Of a DNA stretch of 64,000 bases, positions 56,233 to 64,000 are shown one piece after another. The position numbers were made by a program, and so were the translations under genes. The DNA is from Octopus vulgaris. Lineage: Eukaryota. Every line of letters starts with the position of its first letter. Position 1 is the first letter of the stretch. The notes beneath the pieces are model-generated. The model was not told where the DNA came from and made no database searches. It saw only the letters and a list, made by a program, of their open reading frames with translations. Location of the stretch: the NCBI GenBank assembly GCA_951406725.2, contig OX597831.1:22692001-22756000 (forward strand), given 5' to 3'.

Positions 56233-56824
56233 ATAGAGAGAGACAGGCCGACAGAGAAAGGGTGTGTGAGAGAGACATGGATATATATATCTAGATATGT
56301 ATATATGTTTAGATACAAATATAATATATATATCTACAAATGGCGGTGCCCCAGCATGGCCACAGCTCGTGAGCTGAAACTAGAATCAATCAATAGACAT
56401 TTAGCATACGTTCATATTTAAATGTACATACGATTATACACTTGTATTCTTACGCAGCCAGACACACGCACATTCTCACACATGTATATATGTATCTGTA
56501 GACGTATCCAAAAGCATGTACTTTATATAGGCGTGTTATTTTTATATTAATCAAGAGAAAGTTATAAAGAAATCCCTTAAGTTTCTATACTTTCGTGCGC
56601 AACACTTATCGAAGTTGAAACGCTTTTGAACTTCGTGCAAACATGTAATACAAACATTCAAACATCGTCACCATCTTTGCAACTCTTGCCGCTTTCCACA
56701 TCGAATTCTGTCAGTCCTCCAAAGTCGTATTGGTGTATAAATCGACCTACCTTATTTGGCTGAAAATACTGATGTGAAATATTCGATTTGTATCCTGGAA
56801 AATACGATGTATTCTTATAAAGTA

Positions 56825-57341
56825 CTAGCAGTATCGCCCGGCGTTGCTCGGGTTTGTAAGGGAAATAACTATATAAGCATTTTTAGAGAGTTACTTCCCT
56901 TATAGATGCCAATTCGGGCTTTCTTAGCCATTTCTGATTTGGTGTCTTCAAGCCATGAAGTCGTTGTTCTAAAAGAACGCTGGTCTCCTTGACAACGCAT
57001 TACGACGTTGATTTCCTTAAACTCCCTTCCCCACAGCTTCACGAGGGAGGGAAGAAGGGGGAGAAGCAAACACAGGTGCAGGTGTTTGAGCGTGGACGCC
57101 AACTCCGCCGCCATCGACACACGAAAAATTATGCATTAAAATGGAATAAAAAATGATGTTAAATTATTTTTAAAATCGTAGACTCATCGTAGACGCGCGC
57201 TAATAGCCAGACGGGCTCGATATTAATCACGACTATAAGATACCCGAATTTGGTTAAACTGCACCGCAAAATGTGGAAGGAGTTAGGAATCTAAATCGTA
57301 GGAGACAGACACTCACACAACTACAGTTTTATATATATAGA
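56825..57341 (-). mobile_element. Complete non-autonomous Helitron (517 bp)
   Basis: Minus strand A|TCTATATATATAAAACTG ... hairpin CCCGAGCAACGCCGGG ... CTAG|T, inserted between A and T with no TSD. Confidence 0.85.
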
Positions 57342-57519
57342 TTTTCCATCAATAGTCATGTGTCTATACAAGTGTATTAAAAACTGCTATACACATACGC
57401 GGGCACATACACACTCATCCATACCCACAGGTGCTTATTTAGAAAGTTAAACGTTTCTCTTTGCATAGACTCAGTTTGACTCTACAATCGTAGCCAAAAG
57501 TTTGGAACTTTTTTTTCTA

Positions 57520-58471
57520 TTGGGTTGTCCAGAAAGATCGTGCCGATTTATAGTAGTTTACCTTTCGACTTATTTTAGAACCTGGTTGAGACCATAAAAT
57601 AGGATTTGACTACACCGCCATTTAGAGCATGGTTCGCAAGGTTCCGAGCTGGAAATTATAGCCTTATTGATAAAGAGCGATCAGGCAGACCATCCACTAC
57701 AGATGATGACCAAATCAAGTCAGTAATTGAGAATAACCCACATTGCACAACCCGAGAATTGGCAGAAAGCCTCAGCCTATCAAAATCCGTCGTTTGTGAG
57801 CACCTGGTAAAGCTTGGATACACAAATCGCTACGATGTTTGGGTACCACATGAGTTGAGTGAGAAGAACCTTTTGGATCGCATTTCCATTTGTGATTCGC
57901 TTTATAAACAGAATGAAAACGCACCTTTTTTAAAGCAAATTGTGACAGGTGATGAGAAATGGATTATCTACCGAAATGTTCAGAGAAAGCGATTTTGGAG
58001 TAAGCGACATGAACCACCCTTAGCCACCCCAAAAGTGGGTCTTCATCCCCAAAAAGTCTTGCTTTTAGTCTGGTGGGATTGGAAAGGAATTTTGTACTAT
58101 GAGCTTCTCCCAAGTAACCAGACAATTAATTCTGAGAAATACTGCACACGGCTGAACGAGTTAAAAGCAGCAATTCAAGAGAAACGTCCAGAATTGGCCA
58201 ACAGGAAGGGTGTTGTTTTCCAACATGATAATGCAAGACCGCACGTTTCGGGAACCAGACAAAAATTGCTGCAGCTCGGCTGGGATGTGCTACCCCACCC
58301 TCCATATTCACCAGATATTGCTCCTTCGGATTTCCACTTATCCAGGTCTCTGCAAAATAGTCTTAATGGTAAAAATTTCAATTCCTTGAATGACGTAAAA
58401 AGATACGTTGATGAATTCTTTGCCATGAAACCACCTCAATTCTGGGAAGAGGGTATTTTCAAGTTAAAGGA
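57520..58471 (+). mobile_element. mariner element (DD34D class, mellifera-like), 5' internally deleted and 3' truncated
   Basis: TA|TTGGGTTGTCCAGAAAG..GCCGATTT left TIR. The right TIR is missing and replaced by (ATC)n and a SINE. Confidence 0.9.
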
Positions 58472-58544
58472 TCATCATCATCATCATTATTGTTATTATT
58501 TGATGAGCTGGCAGAATTGTTTGAACTCAGGACAAAATGCTTAG
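57606..58544 (+). pseudogene. mariner transposase, open frame lacking ATG and N-terminal HTH
   Basis: Motifs RSGRP, WVPHEL, TGDEKW, HDNARPH and YSPDIAPSDFHL. The ORF begins at TTG and its last ~24 codons are flank-derived. Confidence 0.9.
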
Positions 58545-58679
58545 CGGCATTTCGTCCGTACTCGCGGTTTGAGTTCAAATGCCGCCGGTGTCGACTTTGC
58601 CTTTCATCCTATCGGAGTCGATGTAATCGATTTGTTCCCTCTCCTAAAATTTCAGGCCCTTGTGCTTATAGTAGAAAGG

Positions 58680-58715
<36 letters not shown>

Positions 58716-58886
58716 GCCGCCGCCGCCACCACCATCATCCTCATCATCATCATTATTGTAGGTCAAGTTTGTCTTTTATCTTTTCGGATGTCGATAAAAT
58801 AAGTACCAGTTGAGTACTGGGGTAGATGTAGTCGACTACTCCCACCTCCCCCAAATATTCAGGCCTTGTGCCTACAGCAGAAAGGA
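58503..58886 (+). mobile_element. Two diverged family A SINE copies with the CCTTGTGCCTA..AGAAAG tail
   Basis: GAGCTGGCAGAA..GAGTTCAAATGCCGCCG..GCCTTTCATCC, each followed by triplet repeats. Confidence 0.75.
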
Positions 58887-58919
58887 TTATTATCATCATT
58901 ATTATTATTATTACTATTA

Positions 58920-58980
<61 letters not shown>

Positions 58981-59068
58981 CATTATTATTATTATTATCA
59001 TCATCATCCTCATCATCCTGATCATGATCATCATCATCACTATCATCTTCATCATCATCACCACCACC

Positions 59069-59102
<34 letters not shown>

Positions 59103-59143
59103 TCATTATTATTGTTATTATTATAATTATTATTATTATTATT

Positions 59144-59619
59144 GAGTGAGAGAGCAGTTCATGCCATCAAAGTGACACTGGGGTAAAATATACGAAGCCC
59201 AATATACCCATCATGACTACCCGTCTGATAAAGGTACACCAGGCACATGCATCACAACCATATGTGCGCGACATGGTGATCTCATATCAAGATAAACAGC
59301 ACATGACCTTGCAGGTGGGGCCCAGTTAGAATTTTCTTCAGGTTGAGTAGCCCATCCCGCTCAAAAGGTCCCTGATTAAGGGTTGTTTAAGGATGTTGAA
59401 AGAACCACCCATGTTTCCAGAGGTGAATTATTCAAACCCCAAAGAATCCCTCTCAACACATGGCTATGATGCTCCCCCACTACTTCTGCTCGTGATCAGA
59501 GATGCACATATCGTCAGCCACTAAGGGACATGCTCAACTGGTTAAGGTCAAACAACTGACAAGCAAATCTGTGGTATTGAGCAGAATATTTGCTGTAGCC
59601 CATCTTTTATACCAAGACA
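59144..59619 (-). mobile_element. Family D retroelement 3' end embedded in (ATT)n
   Basis: Second copy at 28925-29349. ATT/AAT repeats flank both sides. Confidence 0.8.
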
Positions 59620-59716
59620 ATAATAATAATAATAATTATTATTATTATTATTACTATTATTATTATTATAATCATTAGTATTATTGTTATTATTATTATT
59701 ATTATTATTATCACTA

Positions 59717-59765
<49 letters not shown>

Positions 59766-59830
59766 CATAATTATTATCATTATTTTTTTTTTTTTTTTCT
59801 TCTTTCAAATTTGCTTCCATTTCTTGCCGA

Positions 59831-59900
<70 letters not shown>

Positions 59901-60394
59901 TGCTGGCTGCATCGTTAACGCGTCGGATGAAGTAATTCTCAGCTGCATTCCTTCCGTATTTACGTTCTAGGTTCAAATTCCGCCGAGCTAGACTTTACCT
60001 ATCGTCCTTTCGGGGTCGATAAAAATACTCACCAATAAAACAACTGTAGTCAACGTAACCCACTTACCCCATGCCCGAAATTGCTGGCCTTGTACCAAAA
60101 TTCAAAAATATCATCTTAAGAATATCTTTGATTAAAATCAAGCTATGGTTTGCAAAGAGACACATTACGTTACCCGGCCATTTGCAAAATCACCAAAATC
60201 GAAGCAAGCTCTGACATAATGGCTGCAGATCAAAGCTTATATTGATGTCTCTTGCAAGTTATCTTTTTGAACATTTATTCAGCGTGCTTCTCTTCCTGAC
60301 TGATGGCCTTCACAACGATTAAAGAGCAGAAGTGTTGCCAACCATTCCAGTGGTTTTACACTACACTCATTCTGCATCGCGAATGCTTTTTTTT

Positions 60395-60590
60395 TACTCT
60401 TTTACTCTTCTACTTGTTTCAGTCAATTGACTGCGGCCATGCTGGAGCACCGCTTTTTCGTCGAGCAAATTGACCCCAAAACTTATTCTTTGTAAGCCCA
60501 GAAATTATTCTATCGGTCTCTTTTGCTGAACCGCTAGGTTATGGGAATGTGAACACACCAGCATCGGTTGTCAAGCGATGTTGGAGAAGC

Positions 60591-60665
<75 letters not shown>

Positions 60666-60825
60666 GACGGGCTTCTTTCAATTTCCGTCTACCAAATCCA
60701 CTCACAAGGCTTTGGTCGACCCAAGGCTATAGTAGAAGACACTCGCCCAAAGTGCCACGCAGTGGGACTGAACCCAGAAACATGTGGTTGGCAAGCAAGC
60801 TACTTACCAAACAGCCACTCCAACT
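60395..60825 (-). mobile_element. Family B SINE
   Basis: Full reverse-complement module order. Confidence 0.9.
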
Positions 60826-61059
60826 CCTGTTTTTTTGTTTTTTTGTACTGTTTTCTTATACTGTTACTAGATAAGCGTTGACCAGATGCTGAAGAAAGGC
60901 TGGTCAACCATCCTTAGAGAGGTTTTAATATAAGTAGTGCTGATACTCAACACAAAGATGTACGTGTGTATGTATGTATCTATGTTGTACGCATGCATGT
61001 ATGTATGTATGTATGTATGTATATATGTTCGTATGGATTGATGGACAGATGGATGGATC

Positions 61060-61318
61060 CTCTGTATTTAATGATTGAAATTCTTCTTGAAAAATTCTTG
61101 GTTTCTAACAAAGATACAAAGCTCCATCTTTGGAATGTAGATAACGAAAACAATGTCACGTTTTAAACCTGAGAAAAGTCTTGCATAATTTTACCATTTT
61201 GCTTACAGATTGTATTTGTAATATGCAAATCAGTTGGTTCATTCCTTTTTGTGAAAATCCAAGCTCATCCAGAATGACAGTTAGGCATTTACTTACAAAA
61301 ACCAAGTGCTCCAGTATG
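61060..61318 (-). mobile_element. 3' fragment of a second R4/Dong-like LINE subfamily
   Basis: C-terminus VSKCLTVILDELGFSQKGMNQLICILQIQSVSKMVKLCKTFLRFKT* is homologous to the end of the adjacent element. Its 3' UTR resembles 63430-63540. Confidence 0.7.
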
Positions 61319-61350
61319 TATGTTTGTATTGGGTTGTCCGGAAAGTTCAT

Positions 61351-63021
61351 ATTTTTGTATGTATGTATGTGCAGATTTGTATGTTTTGCTTTATGTATGT
61401 CTTCTCATGCATATAGTTGCATATCTAGACATGCTCATATATACTTAAATGATAAGCTGGAAAGTTTTAGAGTTTTACAGATCCACTAATGGATCGCATC
61501 AGAAGTCTTCGAATCAGCTTACTCATTTCTGGTTTTGAGAAGCCTAATTTTTCAAGATTGGTATTTAGGCAGTTTGTTACACATCCCAGTGTCCCGACAA
61601 TTACAGGTATAAACCTGAACTAGTAATCTAGATAGAGTTACTGCAGATTTCTCAATAGTTCAGCTTAGGTATTCTCTTTTTCACTGATCTTCAGCTTTAT
61701 GCTAGCATCCGCTGGGCAGCTAATTTCTACATCTGTACACAATTTGTCTTCTCTATCCCAAATCCTTATATCATGTATGTTGTACTAACATTTTATTGAA
61801 GTTTTCACTGGGCCATTCCACCATTCTATGGGTTCTTATTTCTTTGTCATCGTGGTTATCCTTCCGAGGTATTTCAATATATAGTGTCCTAGCTACAACA
61901 CCATGTCTCATCGGTGGATAATACCGTAATGGCATTTAAGGACAACTGCTTATGGTATGGCTATCTTTGGTGTTAACTCCACAAAATCTGCATAGGTTGT
62001 CACATTTTACTGCTTTTCCTGCATCTCAATCAATTTTGCGAATAAAATATTTGGTTGCTATTTCCTGTTCCTGGATTGCAAACACGTACCCTTCAAAGTG
62101 GGATGTAGTAATCCGGTTATTCGTCCATGATAGATTGCTTTGATGATCAATGTTACTATCATCTCTGAGCTTTCTACTAACATATCCATGCATGGTTTTC
62201 TACTCATATATGCTCATCCTTTCGTCTGATGATACGTGCGATGTCTTGGGGCATTTATTTAAGGTTATTAGACAAAGAATGCTGCTCATGGAATTACCTT
62301 CCAAGTCTTATGTCATCAGCCTCAAGTATGCAAATTTGGCCAAGGGATGCACTTTGACACTTGGTGGTTAAAAGATGATGCCGAAGGGATATGATACGAC
62401 ATTCAGAGGCATTTTGGATCGATGTTAAGTCTCTACCACCTTGTTTTCGTTTTAGGCAGAGACGGTCTACGTCACTGTTTATGTGGAAATTATGTGTGCA
62501 TGTTAGTATTTTCCGGGTTTTCACATTAATGGCTCGGATTTCATCAAGCGTCCAATTAAGCAGCCCAAACGTTGGTATGAGTACTGGCACTGCAAGGCAC
62601 ATTGTGGACAACTATTTTATTGAATGCAAAGAATTCTGAGGCCCAAATTTTCTTTATTCGACTGTACTATTCCTTAGTGACACGTGTTTTGTTATAGGTG
62701 CCATTGTAAGATATGTCTTCATCCACACCGAGACACCTAGAACATTTCTCATCAGTTATAGGGGAAACAGTCAAGACATTGATGAAGATGCTGCTAGTCT
62801 GGTTTATAGTTTTCTCCCTTTCAACAATCATATAACAACATTTATTCTGACCAAACTCCAACCCAACATCCTTCGAGAACGTTGTAACCAGGTCAAAGCT
62901 CTTTTTCATCTCGTGCAAATTCTTGGCATAAAAGTTTCAAGTCATCCGCAAAGAAACTGTGTAATTTTGGTATTTATGTTTCCTTGCTAACCAGTTAGAC
63001 ATCCTTCGGACTTCCTTAACA
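61351..63021 (-). mobile_element. 5'-truncated R4/Dong-like non-LTR retrotransposon (RT C-terminal half, zinc knuckle, restriction-like endonuclease), decayed
   Basis: Minus-strand readings: FADDLKL; FSKDVGLEFGQNKC; SDVDRLCLKRKQGGRDL; FAIQEQEIATKY; CRFC..H..SSC; IRIWDREDKLCTDVEISCP; IPVIVGTLG. Confidence 0.85.
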
Positions 63022-63109
63022 TGTATGTATGTATGTATGTATGTATGTATGTATGTATGTATGTATGTATGTATGTATGTATGTATGTATGTATGTATGT
63101 ATGTATGTA

Positions 63110-63310
63110 TCAGCTGGTAAAAATTAGTGCCGTATGTATTCCAAAGGGTCAGCCTTGTCATACTCTTTGTCATGTTGAATCTGCCTGAGAACTGAGATAA
63201 GTGTACACGTGTCGGTGGAGCACTCAGCCACGTGCATATTAATTTCACGACCAGGCCATTCCGTTGATCAGATCAACTGGAACCCTCGTCGTCGTAACCG
63301 ACGGCGTGCT
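63110..63310 (+). mobile_element. Family C-related SINE 3' body inserted in (TATG)n
   Basis: CACGTGTCGGTGGAGCACTCAGCCAC..GGAACCCTCGTCGTCGTAACCGACGGCGTGC. Confidence 0.8.
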
Positions 63311-63429
63311 ATGTATGAATCTATGTATGTATGTATGTATGCATGTATGTATGTATGTATGTATGTATGTATGTATGTATGTATGTATGTATGTATGTAT
63401 GTATGTATGTATGTATATATGTATGTATG

Positions 63430-63909
63430 TCATTATTCAGTTTATTTCAAGATTTCTTGCCAATAGAGAAAGAACTTATTTCTAACCTAGATCCAAGGTT
63501 CCTTCACTGGAATTTCAACATCAACAACAGGGTATTTTTGTATGTATGTATGTATGTATGTATGTATGTATGTATGTATGTATGTATGTATGTATGTATA
63601 TATGTATGTATGTATATATGTATGTATGTATGTATTTATGTATGTATGTATGTATGTATGTATGTATGTATGTATGTATGTATGTATGTATGTATATATG
63701 TATGTATATATGTATGTATGTCATTATTCAGTTTATTTCAAGATTTCTTGCCAATAGAGAAAGAACTTATTTCTAACCTAGATCCAAGGTTCCTTCACTG
63801 GAATTTCAACATCAACAACAGGGTATTTTTGTATGTATGGTTGTATGTATGTATGTATGTATGTATGTATGTATGTATGTATGTATGTATGTATGTATGT
63901 ATGTATGTA

Positions 63910-63946
<37 letters not shown>

Positions 63947-64000
63947 ATGTATGTACGTACGTATGTATGTATGTGCAGTTTTGTATGTTTTTTGTATGTA
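63430..64000 (-). mobile_element. Tandemly duplicated 3' UTR of the R4/Dong-like element, continuing past the window end
   Basis: Identical ~110-bp blocks at 63430-63540 and 63721-63831, each followed by (TATG)n. The window ends with TATGTGCAGTTTTGTATGTTTT, matching ~61366-61388. Confidence 0.75.

Overview
This is AT-rich, repeat-saturated eukaryotic DNA, most consistent with an octopus (coleoid cephalopod) intron or intergenic region. That assignment is inferred from the SINE families and microsatellite load. I find no credible host protein-coding exon, and nearly all listed ORFs are microsatellite read-throughs. The window contains: (1) many tRNA-derived SINEs of at least three families, one of which inserts as head-to-tail multimers bracketed by a single target-site duplication (TSD); (2) DNA transposons, including a mariner with a long open transposase frame, two decayed maT/DD37D elements, a Tc1 MITE, a hAT fragment and Helitrons; (3) LINE relics (R4/Dong-like, CR1, RTE, L1/Tx1-like ORF1); (4) several Penelope-like remnants carrying minimal type I hammerhead ribozyme motifs, two of them in palindromes; (5) an interstitial degenerate (TTAGGG)n tract beside a complex local rearrangement; and (6) GT-rich minisatellites. 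The most interesting candidates are a nest of R4/Dong-like elements that appear to target (CATA)n microsatellites, the concatemeric SINE insertions, the hammerhead palindromes and a wobble-biased 66-nt hairpin. Coordinates and family names were read by eye and not checked against databases.
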